Assembly (NCBI GenBank): GCA_001001705.1
Contig: LCOG01000005.1
Span: 40,714 to 104,713, forward strand
Source: Parcubacteria group bacterium GW2011_GWA2_47_26
GTDB lineage: Bacteria > Patescibacteriota > Patescibacteriia > GWA2-47-26
Reading direction: 5' to 3'
Length of the DNA stretch: 64,000 bases
Made by a program: the position numbers and the translations under genes. Below the pieces are notes generated by a model. That model was not told where the DNA came from, did not search any database, and saw only the letters and a program-made list of their open reading frames with translations. Of this stretch, positions 14,457 through 23,279 are shown piece by piece (the first letter of the stretch is position 1; the number at the start of each line of letters is the position of its first letter).

Positions 14457-17400
14457 ATGCAAAACCCTTTTACAGGTTTTTATCTAAATTTTAAAAAAAC
14501 AATTTTCCGAAGTCGGGAAAAGGCGCGGTCAGGCATTACGTTTTTTGTGGTATTGACCACTATCCTTTGGGCCTTTGGCGTACCGCTGGGAGTATTTTTA
14601 CCAACGCCAGTACAGCAGGCTCAAGCCGCGGTTACGCTTACAACTGACCTTGTAGATTTTTCTGCAAGCAATGTTAAACCTGATCCAGATGGGATAGGGG
14701 CGGGGTTCCAGTGGGGGATGACGGCAAGCAGTGGAGAAACCCTGACTGCGGTTACGGTTTCGTTAACAGCGGGAGCGGGTTTTACAAATAGTGATATTGC
14801 GCAATGTTTCATTCTGGCGGATACTAATCAGGCCGTGGTAGATGGCACTGAACAGACTGACCAGTTCTGGCTTTTTGATTGTAGTATAGGATTAAATACC
14901 CTAACTTTAAGTGCGACGCCTCCGGAAAATAGAATGAATGGTGCGGGCAACACTTATGCTCTTCCTTCCTCAATGACAGGGCGAGGGACTTATGAGTTGG
15001 TGTTTAGCCTTGTATTGTCGGGAAGTGCAACACATGGCGATCAGGTAACAGTTAGTGCTGTGGCAGGTACGACTGCGCTTGCCTTGTCTTCTGGAAACGT
15101 GACAAACGCGGTATATTCGCGCGTGCTTACCGCGGATAGTCAGGGGCCAACTGTAACAGGAGCAGGCGGGCCGCCCAATAGCCAGGAATTTGTGCCGCCG
15201 GATGCTGTTGTTGATCGGGTGTTTAATGAGGCATTATTGGGGCTAATGGTTGGTCCAAGCTCGGTCAGTCTAAAACGTTGTACCGGAATGGAGGGAGCCG
15301 GAGAAGCGGCGGTGCGCGCGGCGGCGGCTTGTACAACTTTAGACAGTACGAATCAGTGTAGCGGGGTTACTCTTTCGGACAGTAATACTAGGATTAGCTG
15401 TGCGCATTCTTTACTGCAGACTAATAGCTGGTATGAATTGAGAATTGCAAACGTTACGGATGCAGGCGGTAATGCTTTGGCCGCGGCGCATGTTAATCGC
15501 TTCAAAACCTCGGGTTTTTTTGGCGGGGCAGGAGGAACAAACACCACGCCTCCCAGGGTAAATTCTACTTATCCACAAGGCGGGGACATGTTTTTCAAAA
15601 ACGCGAATCTCTCGGTGAGGTTTCCTATAGGACCGGAAGGAGATATGAGCTTCAATAGCGATGGAGGGCTCGCCGGCAGTGTAAATGCGGGAGATTTGGA
15701 TGCGTTTGTGGGCGGCAATCCGGCAGTGAGCCTAAAGCAGGTAGTCAACTTTGTGCCCACCACAGAGGTTTGCACGAGCATAAGCGCCTGTGTTCTGCAG
15801 TGGGAAGCTACACCGCGGGTTTTAATTATCAATCCGGCCAGTGATTTAGTGGAAGGCGCTGATTATGAACTTTGCGTGCGAGGTTCACCTAATTCTTTGG
15901 CTGTTAAAAATCAAGTCAATCAAAACATGGTTGGAGATTACTGCACGCGTTTTAGAGTAGATTCAGGGGCTACGGCCAGCGATAGCACGGCTCCGACTTT
16001 GCGTTCCGCAACCTTGGGCAATCCGACCTTCCCTTCCAATGGGGCCACGGGTGTTTCAATATACACAGGAGAATTGCAGGCCTTCTTTTCCGAACCTTTA
16101 AATTCCGCCACGGTAACTCTGACGAATGCCTCTCTATATATTGACACGAATAGCAATGGCGTCCCCAATGACGGAGAGACTGTACTTGACTCCAGCGCTT
16201 TAAACTTGACTTATGATTCAGCTGGCCGAGCGGCGCGTTTCAGTCCTAGAACACCACTAATCGCCAACACGCGTTACTGTTTTAGACTGACTAACGGGTT
16301 GACAGATCCGGCTGATATTGTTTTTACAGCATCCACCAATCAATGCTTTACCACCGCGGCTTCGGAAAGCGCGCTAGTGGCGCCCAAGTTGCTTTTTGCG
16401 GACGCGGATAACTACAAGATAGTGGCGCACTTTGATCAGGCTGTGAACTCCACGCAAGCTACCACAGCCGCCAATTACACGTTTGAATGTCCAGTGGGGG
16501 TTACTGTACCGCTTACGGGCAAGACCTTTGTGTATCGGCCGCCGGAGGTAGAAATTCAGGGATTAGGTTTACAAAACGGGCAAACCTGTCGGCTGACAGT
16601 CTCCACTAATGTCACGAATTTCGCTGGCACAGCCATGGACACCACTGGTGGTAATAATGTGGCGAATTTCGTGGTACAAAGCTCCACGACTACGGGAGGG
16701 TTTCTGGGCACCACTGTCGCCGACAGCACCAACTTTTTCGGCGGCATGGGTGGCGCGACCGCCGGGACTTTTTGGGCAACACCCACGCGCTGTGAGCCGC
16801 GCCAACGGTCGGCTAATAAAGCTACTTCCTTTGAATGTGAATTTCCGGCTCCGGGCGCCATGCTGGTTGGCTCCACAATTCTTTTGAGTTTCCCGTCGGG
16901 CTTTACCTTGTCCACGAGCGCTGGCAACGCGCGGATCACGCCGGCGTCCCAATCGCAATGGAATTCGGATTTAAATAGCCAAGAAAGCGGAACCGTTACG
17001 GCCACTGCCTCTACGGATACGGTGGCAAAAACTATTACACTAACCACGGCTGGCGCAGCAGTGACCAGTGGATCAATGTTGCACTTTGAGCTGGATCAGA
17101 TTACTACTCCGGTGACGGCGGCAGAAAATCAGCGCGTAACCATGGTGGTTAAAGACGCGAGCGGAGTAAAGATTGGTCAAACCATTAATCCGGCGCCGTT
17201 TAGCATTCAGCAAGGCGGATCTTTGTCCATTTCTGGAAGGGTTTGCAAAGGTAGTACGGTTGGCGGATCTTGCGGTGTTGGCGATACTGCAATTGCCAGT
17301 GTTAAGGTGTTCTGCAATCAAATGGGCGGTTTCATGGTCGGGACTGCGGGTAGCGCGTTTATGGGTTTTCAAGAAGCCACCACGGACGCCAGTGGCGACT

Positions 17401-20400
17401 GGAGCATGACTGGATTGACTCCGGGCGAATATGCTTGCAATATCCCGCCAAGCCCTACGCTATTAGCTGATCTGGGCGGTTCGCCTCCGTTCCAGCCCAT
17501 TACCTTATCCAGCGCGAATCGGACTGGGGTAGATATCAGGTATAAGAATATGGCGACCGCGACAGACTCCAAAACCTTGACCGTGAATATCTCGGGCGGT
17601 TCGGCCAGTACAGAGGTGGATGTGTTCTGTTCGGCGGGCGGATTTGACTTTGAGTTTTCTGCGCCCTCCATGAAAGCCGTAACTTTGGACGGCACTGGCG
17701 CCGGATCAACCACATTGAGGCTTCAGCAGAATAAGAACTATGATTGCGGCATGGGTCCGCACATGGCTTTTGAACAGTTTGGCACTGGCGGTCCGCCACC
17801 CCTGCCCACCTTTACCTTTATGCCGCCCAAGCCGCAAATAGTAAACATGGATACGGACAAGACCATTATTTTTGCGGTGCAAGCCTCCAATCGCAGTATT
17901 ACTGGAACTGTGGTAGACGGTTCCGCGACCGGAATTGCTAATGTGTTTGTGCATGCTGAACCGGTGGGGTGTTTTGACGCCACTTCGGGCGAGTTCAAAG
18001 ATTGCCATGGCGCGTTTGCCCAGACTAATTCTAACGGAACATTTAGCTTGGCGGTGGTAGACGGCACTTATGAAGTTGGCGCGGACGGTCCCGGACTTCC
18101 GCCTTCCACGCGCGAGATTGCCAATGTGAAAGGTGCGAACGTCACTGGCGTTACCTTAAAGATGGTGAAGTCCTCAACCACTATTTCCGGCGCGATTCAA
18201 GACGAATCCGGCAATGGCATTCAATACGCGCAGGTGAGCGCGGAAAAGCGCACCATTACCACTGGCTCGGATGCTTGCGACTTTGCCAACTCCCGACCCT
18301 CTGGCGGATTTGCTGATAGTCCAACTGATAGTAGCGGAAACTTCACTCTCTATGTCTCCAACGGCACTTGGTGCCTTCGCGCGTTCTCTCCGTCTTACGG
18401 CGAAGTTGGCACTAAAACTGTCACCATGTCCGGTACATCGCTTACCGGTCAGAACATCGCGGCTACCGCAGCAAACTTTGGAACTGTAACCGGCACCGTA
18501 ACTAAAGCCGGATCCAATGTTTCCGGCGCGTTTGTCAACTGCTATGGTTCTGCTGGCGGCAATGGCGGGCAAACCGGTGGGAACGGCGTTTATTCCATAA
18601 GAGTCAAACTGGCCTCCAGCGGTTCAACCACCATGACTTGCGACGGATTCGCGCCCGGAATAGGTCCGCTTGGCCGCGCTACTGTAACCTTTGCGCAAGG
18701 TGATACTTCTAAGACCCAGAACTTCACCATCGCGGGAAATGCCGCGACCATTACGGTTACCGCTACGGGCTTGACAGAAGGATTCTGTGACGCGCGCGAT
18801 TCCACTGGTTTGGGTTCTGGCGCTCCGATTCAAAGCGGCACCGCTACGATTAGCGCGCCGGCTGGTACCTATACGGTGCGTTGTGGTTCTCCTCGAACCG
18901 GTCCTCTTACTCTGACTTCATCTTCTGCTACGCTTACTGCCGGCGGCACCGCGGCCATTACCGCAACAGTGCCAACTCTGCGCACTGTTACCGGCCGCAT
19001 TACGGATGGCACGAGCAACCTGGAAGGAGCGACCGCGACCTTTACCGACACAACAACTAAAGCATCATTCAAGGTAGTCAGCGGCAACCAGTCCGGGTCA
19101 AACAACAACCTGTCCGGTTCCAATGTTCCGGAAGGTTCATATAATGTCAAAGTATCCAAGAAAGGATTTGAACCGGCCATTACCACTGCTTCTGTTTCCG
19201 GCGGGAACTTAACGCTTTCCTCCGCGATCGCGATGACCCAAGCAACCGGCACCGCCGGAGATACCGTAACCTTCCCGGTGCAAACCGACAGCGCGGCCTA
19301 TACCGGGACCGCGAAAGTCATCTGTTCCAAAGACAGCAAAACCGTAGCGGTGGAAATTGATTCCTCAACCGGCAATGCTTCCGCTGATCTTGCCAATGGT
19401 ATCTGGAGCTGTAAAGCGATTGGCGACAACGGCAAACAGTCCACCGCGACAAATGTAACGGTTTCGGGCGGCACGCTTTCTGGAGCGGCCCCGACGTTCG
19501 CAATGGATACTTCAATCTCGGGGTACACCCAGAAGAGCGAATCCGGTACCTTTGGACTTTCTTCCGGCGGATTGATGAAGTTCAATAATCTGGCGGTCGG
19601 GAGCACTGCTCCGGAGATTAATGTGCCGACCAACGCCTTTTCCACCACGGATTCTTCAACCGGGAAAGTGGAGATGAAGACCGACCCGACAGTGGTTTCC
19701 ATTGACCCCGGAGCGGATCAAAATATGGTGGGTTCGCACGGTTATGACATTACCCCCAAAGACGCCAATGGCAACAAAGTATCCGACACCAACAGTCCGG
19801 TAACCATTACCATGCCGTATACTGACGCGGATGTTACTGCGGCCGGAGTTGACGAATCCAAGCTGACGCTGGCTTCCTATAATACCTCCAGCCAGACATG
19901 GGAGAGCGTGTCCACCACGGTGGACACCACTAACAACTTGCTGATCGCCTCGGTAAGCCACTTCTCGTCCTTTGGCATTTTGGGCGGTGTGGTTACAGCC
20001 GCGACAGTGGGTTCCAGCACTTCAGATTTGACCCCGCCGGCGGCGCCGACCAATGTGCAACTCACGAGCAATGGTTCAAGCGTAACTTTAACCTGGACTG
20101 ACCCGTCTGACGTGGATCTTTATCGCGTGGAAGTCTTGCGCAATGACGGGGGCAGTACACCCGTAACCGGCGATGTGCGAGCTATAGTAGAGAAAGGCGC
20201 CCAGCGCTATGTGGATAGTAGTGTACAGGCTGGTCAGACTTATAAGTATATTATTAAAGTGCGCGATACGGCTTTGAACCAGCGTTTGACTGATGAGTAT
20301 ACAGTGGCTGTTCAGGCGCCAGTTGCGGCTGCACCGGGCGGCGCCGCTCCGGCTGCGGCACCGGCAGCCGCTCCGGCGGCACCAGCGCCAGTAGCCCCAG

Positions 20401-21017
20401 CTCCTGCGGCGGCGCCAGCTCCGGCTCCCGCTCCAGCCGCCGCACCAGTAGCTATACTTATCCACGATCCTTCACGAGTTGAGGAACTAATCTCTAGGAT
20501 CGGAGTATCCCGCAATCAATCTGAAGAAGCGCGGTATAATGCTCTGGTTCGCTCGGACGCTCTAGCCTTTAGAGTGGGTCTCACCGAAGAACAGCGCACA
20601 ACGCTCACCAACTTCGTAGCTTATGGCGTCTCGGCCAAGACCAAGAATTTAGGGTCTGGGGAGCGGCGAGCCGTACTGCGGGATTATCTGGAAACTGTGG
20701 GACGGGCTAACGTAAGTTGGGAAGATGTGGAGCGCATGACGCAAGGGATAAAGCCCGTAAGCCGCAACCTTGAAAAGGAACGCGCCCAAGTTGCTGCGGC
20801 TCTGCGTATATTTACGAGACTTTATGTCCATCGCCCGAACTTCCAGGATGCGGAAGAAGATCTAGCTTGGAATACCTTAATGTACCGCATTCGCTTTACC
20901 CGCGATTTAGCTAAAGAGCGCGAGGGTATTCAAGAGTTTAGAGCAGTATTTGGACGCATTCCGCGGTCAACCATGGATTGGGCAGTGGTAAGATTGCTCG
21001 GATACGTGAAGTCGTAG
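14457..21017 (+). CDS. Giant cell-surface protein (2186 aa): Ig-like/SbsA-like and CarboxypepD_reg-like beta domains, FN3, Pro-Ala linker, conserved C-terminal helical domain (candidate S-layer/adhesin)
   Basis: N-terminal anchor ITFFVVLTTILWAFGVPLGVFL. Repeated ITGTVVDGSATGIANVFVHAEP / ISGAIQDESGNGIQYAQVSA / VTGRITDGTSNLEGATATF modules. FN3-like PPAAPTNVQLTSNGSSVTLTWTDPSDVDLYRVEVLRNDGG. PA-rich tract. Confidence 0.8.
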   Translation: MQNPFTGFYLNFKKTIFRSREKARSGITFFVVLTTILWAFGVPLGVFLPTPVQQAQAAVTLTTDLVDFSASNVKPDPDGIGAGFQWGMTASSGETLTAVTVSLTAGAGFTNSDIAQCFILADTNQAVVDGTEQTDQFWLFDCSIGLNTLTLSATPPENRMNGAGNTYALPSSMTGRGTYELVFSLVLSGSATHGDQVTVSAVAGTTALALSSGNVTNAVYSRVLTADSQGPTVTGAGGPPNSQEFVPPDAVVDRVFNEALLGLMVGPSSVSLKRCTGMEGAGEAAVRAAAACTTLDSTNQCSGVTLSDSNTRISCAHSLLQTNSWYELRIANVTDAGGNALAAAHVNRFKTSGFFGGAGGTNTTPPRVNSTYPQGGDMFFKNANLSVRFPIGPEGDMSFNSDGGLAGSVNAGDLDAFVGGNPAVSLKQVVNFVPTTEVCTSISACVLQWEATPRVLIINPASDLVEGADYELCVRGSPNSLAVKNQVNQNMVGDYCTRFRVDSGATASDSTAPTLRSATLGNPTFPSNGATGVSIYTGELQAFFSEPLNSATVTLTNASLYIDTNSNGVPNDGETVLDSSALNLTYDSAGRAARFSPRTPLIANTRYCFRLTNGLTDPADIVFTASTNQCFTTAASESALVAPKLLFADADNYKIVAHFDQAVNSTQATTAANYTFECPVGVTVPLTGKTFVYRPPEVEIQGLGLQNGQTCRLTVSTNVTNFAGTAMDTTGGNNVANFVVQSSTTTGGFLGTTVADSTNFFGGMGGATAGTFWATPTRCEPRQRSANKATSFECEFPAPGAMLVGSTILLSFPSGFTLSTSAGNARITPASQSQWNSDLNSQESGTVTATASTDTVAKTITLTTAGAAVTSGSMLHFELDQITTPVTAAENQRVTMVVKDASGVKIGQTINPAPFSIQQGGSLSISGRVCKGSTVGGSCGVGDTAIASVKVFCNQMGGFMVGTAGSAFMGFQEATTDASGDWSMTGLTPGEYACNIPPSPTLLADLGGSPPFQPITLSSANRTGVDIRYKNMATATDSKTLTVNISGGSASTEVDVFCSAGGFDFEFSAPSMKAVTLDGTGAGSTTLRLQQNKNYDCGMGPHMAFEQFGTGGPPPLPTFTFMPPKPQIVNMDTDKTIIFAVQASNRSITGTVVDGSATGIANVFVHAEPVGCFDATSGEFKDCHGAFAQTNSNGTFSLAVVDGTYEVGADGPGLPPSTREIANVKGANVTGVTLKMVKSSTTISGAIQDESGNGIQYAQVSAEKRTITTGSDACDFANSRPSGGFADSPTDSSGNFTLYVSNGTWCLRAFSPSYGEVGTKTVTMSGTSLTGQNIAATAANFGTVTGTVTKAGSNVSGAFVNCYGSAGGNGGQTGGNGVYSIRVKLASSGSTTMTCDGFAPGIGPLGRATVTFAQGDTSKTQNFTIAGNAATITVTATGLTEGFCDARDSTGLGSGAPIQSGTATISAPAGTYTVRCGSPRTGPLTLTSSSATLTAGGTAAITATVPTLRTVTGRITDGTSNLEGATATFTDTTTKASFKVVSGNQSGSNNNLSGSNVPEGSYNVKVSKKGFEPAITTASVSGGNLTLSSAIAMTQATGTAGDTVTFPVQTDSAAYTGTAKVICSKDSKTVAVEIDSSTGNASADLANGIWSCKAIGDNGKQSTATNVTVSGGTLSGAAPTFAMDTSISGYTQKSESGTFGLSSGGLMKFNNLAVGSTAPEINVPTNAFSTTDSSTGKVEMKTDPTVVSIDPGADQNMVGSHGYDITPKDANGNKVSDTNSPVTITMPYTDADVTAAGVDESKLTLASYNTSSQTWESVSTTVDTTNNLLIASVSHFSSFGILGGVVTAATVGSSTSDLTPPAAPTNVQLTSNGSSVTLTWTDPSDVDLYRVEVLRNDGGSTPVTGDVRAIVEKGAQRYVDSSVQAGQTYKYIIKVRDTALNQRLTDEYTVAVQAPVAAAPGGAAPAAAPAAAPAAPAPVAPAPAAAPAPAPAPAAAPVAILIHDPSRVEELISRIGVSRNQSEEARYNALVRSDALAFRVGLTEEQRTTLTNFVAYGVSAKTKNLGSGERRAVLRDYLETVGRANVSWEDVERMTQGIKPVSRNLEKERAQVAAALRIFTRLYVHRPNFQDAEEDLAWNTLMYRIRFTRDLAKEREGIQEFRAVFGRIPRSTMDWAVVRLLGYVKS
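20313..20450 (+). repeat. Low-complexity Pro/Ala-rich linker-coding tract
   Basis: Encodes QAPVAAAPGGAAPAAAPAAAPAAPAPVAPAPAAAPAPAPAPAAAPVA. GC-rich, and it generates spurious antisense ORFs. Confidence 0.9.
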
Positions 21018-21047
21018 GGCACACTACTGTAAAAGGCAAGAAAAAAA

Positions 21048-21075
21048 CAGTCCCGCGGTTACGGGACTGTTTTTG
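21048..21075 (+). terminator. Intrinsic terminator of the giant gene
   Basis: CAGTCCCG-CGGTTA-CGGGACTG followed by TTTTT. Confidence 0.75.
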
Positions 21076-21076
21076 A

Positions 21077-21138
21077 GTGGAAAAAGAGAGCACTTCTAAA
21101 TTTTGCAAAGCAAAATTAGAGGCGTTCTCTTTTTCCAC
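21077..21138. repeat. Family-B palindrome (intergenic variant)
   Basis: GTGGAAAAAGAGAGCACTTCTAAATTTTGCAAAGCAAAATTAGAGGCGTTCTCTTTTTCCAC, near-identical to 591-648. Confidence 0.9.
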
Positions 21139-21394
21139 TCAATGTCGCCGGATTGGGGCTGAAGAGTTTGTTGCGAATTTTCCAGCGGTCCACATATTGA
21201 CCAACACCGTGATGTTCAAGTTTGTTTTTTATTTTGGGCCGTTTTTGAGACCACTCTAAAAGGCTTTCAAAAGCAATACGATAACGACCCCGGATTACCA
21301 CATAGCGCAGATCGCCGCTTTTTAAGGCGCGGCGGATGGTTTTTTGCTCTATGCCAAAGAATTTGGCGGCTTCGGAGACGGAAAGGCGGATCAT
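21116..21394 (-). CDS. Helix-turn-helix DNA-binding protein (excisionase/MerR-like HTH_17)
   Basis: 92 aa. LSVSEAAKFFGIEQKTIRRALKSGDLRYVVIRGRYRIAFESLLEW. The 3' end reads into the family-B repeat. Confidence 0.65.
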   Translation of the reverse strand: MIRLSVSEAAKFFGIEQKTIRRALKSGDLRYVVIRGRYRIAFESLLEWSQKRPKIKNKLEHHGVGQYVDRWKIRNKLFSPNPATLSGKRERL

Positions 21395-21410
21395 ATTAAT
21401 TGAGTTATTT

Positions 21411-21474
21411 AAGCAGAGTAAGCAGATTAGGCAGATTAAGCAATTGTTTAGTACATACTCTGCTTAATCTGCTG
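21411..21474. repeat. Family-C 9-mer hairpin ('empty', no gene in loop)
   Basis: AAGCAGAGTAAGCAGATTAGGCAGATTAAGCA-ATTGTTTAGTACA-TACTCTGCTTAATCTGCTGAC. Confidence 0.8.
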
Positions 21475-21590
21475 ACTAAAGTCTACTATAGCGTAGACTT
21501 TTATAGGTGTCAAGTCCATTTTTCTTGCTTTCATATCTAGTATTGTGCTATATTTGTTGTAACTTTTCTGTATTTTTAGCGACATCTAAT

Positions 21591-22148
21591 ATGCCCAATA
21601 TCCATGATCAACAACTTGTCGCACGGGTTTCACAATTTAGCGATCAGGAAGCCTTTGTTGCGCTCCATGGCCAGTACTTTGCAAAGATCCGCGAGTTTCT
21701 CATGTTTAGGGTTTCCCAAAAAGAAGATGCGGAAGATATTGCGAACCAGGTGTTTTTGAAGGCTTGGGAATATTTGACAAACGCATCAGCAAAAAGAATA
21801 CGGAATTTTCGCGCTTTTCTTTATAGGGTAGCACGCAATGAGGTGGCAGATTTTTACCGGGCGCAGGGGAGAACTCCGGTAATTGTGGCTCTTGATGATT
21901 TTGAGGACGGCTTTGAGGTGGCCGATACTCGTGAAGATGCGCTCACGCAACAGCTTGTTGTCCAAGACGTTGACCATTTGATCGCCTGCGTGCAAAAGTT
22001 GCCCGAGCCATACCGGGAAGTAATTGCTCTACGTTTTTTTGAGGAGTTGGAAATTCGAGAGGTTGCAGAAATTATTGGAAAAACGATAGGTAATACGCGG
22101 GTACTTATCCACAGGGGAGTAAAAACATTACAAAAGATGCTGCATTAA
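21591..22148 (+). CDS. ECF-type RNA polymerase sigma factor (sigma-70 family)
   Basis: FLKAWEYL, FRAFLYRVARNEVADFYR (region 2). LPEPYREVIALRFFEELEIREVAEIIGKTIGNTRVLIHRGVKTLQKML (region 4). I prefer the ATG at 21591 over the track's GTG at 21507. Confidence 0.85.
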   Translation: MPNIHDQQLVARVSQFSDQEAFVALHGQYFAKIREFLMFRVSQKEDAEDIANQVFLKAWEYLTNASAKRIRNFRAFLYRVARNEVADFYRAQGRTPVIVALDDFEDGFEVADTREDALTQQLVVQDVDHLIACVQKLPEPYREVIALRFFEELEIREVAEIIGKTIGNTRVLIHRGVKTLQKMLH

Positions 22149-22168
22149 AAGGTAATTTATACATTGTT

Positions 22169-23014
22169 ATGACCGAGAAGGAACTCATTAAGCAATTGAA
22201 AGAGGCTAAAGAAGCATATCATAAAAAATTTGCGCCTGCTCCTGAAGAGGCTGAAAAAAGCCGGGGGTATGTGTTGGCGTACATCATGGCGCATGGGGGG
22301 CAACCGGCGAGAAAGCTGGGTTTTGCCGAAAGGTTTAATATTAATACTTATATTTTGCGATACCTGGTTCCGCCGCAATTTGTCTATGGTTTTGCTGTTT
22401 TATTATTGTTAGCGGCTGGAGGGGCGCTGGCGGCAGTTTCCCGCAATGCCTTGCCCGGGGAGCGGTTTTATCCTGCAAAATTAGCCATAGAAAAGACCCA
22501 AATGCGCTTTGTGTCCAATCCGGCTGAGAGGGCCAAGGTGCAAATGGATATGGCCGGTAATCGTTTAAGAGAAATTAGGACTATAACAGAACGTTCAGGC
22601 GAACCGGATGGCCAAGTTGAAAAGGCGTTGAACCATTTTGTTCAAGATGTTCAGGGGGCAAGGAATAACTTGAGACAAGCCGGCGATCCACAACAGGTAC
22701 GAGTAGCGGCTTCGGAGATGGCGCGGAGAGCTGTGCAATATATGCAGGAATTAGAGCAAACCAAGGCAGTTTTAGAGCAAAAAGAGCAAACCGCCGTGCC
22801 TACAAGCGCTGCAGCACCGATAAGTCCAGCTCCAGCAACGCCAGCCCTGATCACGCCGCCAGCCGGATCAAGTGTTAAGACCGAACCGCAACCGACCCAG
22901 TTTGTGGTTACGCCAGTACCGAGCCGCGCAAGAAGCGTAGGCCTTACGGCCTTGGAGAAAGCCGAGAAAGCTTTGGATGAGGTTGGTGAGGCGCAGGACA
23001 AAGCTGATGAATAA
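22169..23014 (+). CDS. Putative anti-sigma factor / DUF5667-like membrane protein
   Basis: Single TM (FVYGFAVLLLLAAGGALAAV), then ERFYPAKLAIEKTQMRFVSNPAERAKVQMDMAGNRLREI helical domain. Immediately downstream of the ECF sigma gene. Confidence 0.55.
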   Translation: MTEKELIKQLKEAKEAYHKKFAPAPEEAEKSRGYVLAYIMAHGGQPARKLGFAERFNINTYILRYLVPPQFVYGFAVLLLLAAGGALAAVSRNALPGERFYPAKLAIEKTQMRFVSNPAERAKVQMDMAGNRLREIRTITERSGEPDGQVEKALNHFVQDVQGARNNLRQAGDPQQVRVAASEMARRAVQYMQELEQTKAVLEQKEQTAVPTSAAAPISPAPATPALITPPAGSSVKTEPQPTQFVVTPVPSRARSVGLTALEKAEKALDEVGEAQDKADE

Positions 23015-23024
23015 GGTTGTGCGG

Positions 23025-23033
23025 TTATCCACA
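23025..23033 (+). promoter_or_regulatory. Perfect DnaA-box 9-mer TTATCCACA
   Basis: Exact consensus match in the spacer upstream of the 1255-aa surface protein gene. Confidence 0.3.
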
Positions 23034-23103
23034 ATACAAAAGTTCTTTGATAAGGTATTATCAATCCAATATATTGCTTGATCGTGAGCTATTAAGTTAG
23101 GGG

Positions 23104-23142
23104 ACCCAAAATTGGATGCACGCGGTACATCCAATTTTGGGT
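23104..23142. other. Perfect 15-bp stem / 9-nt loop hairpin
   Basis: ACCCAAAATTGGATG-CACGCGGTA-CATCCAATTTTGGGT. No T-run follows. Confidence 0.7.
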
Positions 23143-23279
23143 ACCTTATATCGGTACCATGCTTAAAAAACTGTGGGATATTCAAAGGTCGAGCCACAAC
23201 CCCGTCAGGGGTAAATGGAGAATATCTCTTAAAAAAGATAGTTAAAAATTAAAATAGACGAACGAAAATTAGATAAATT

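Noticed and set aside
4285-23033. Replication origin suggested by perfect DnaA boxes.
   Set aside because: The three boxes are 9-10 kb apart, not clustered. No AT-rich unwinding element or dnaA/dnaN genes are nearby.
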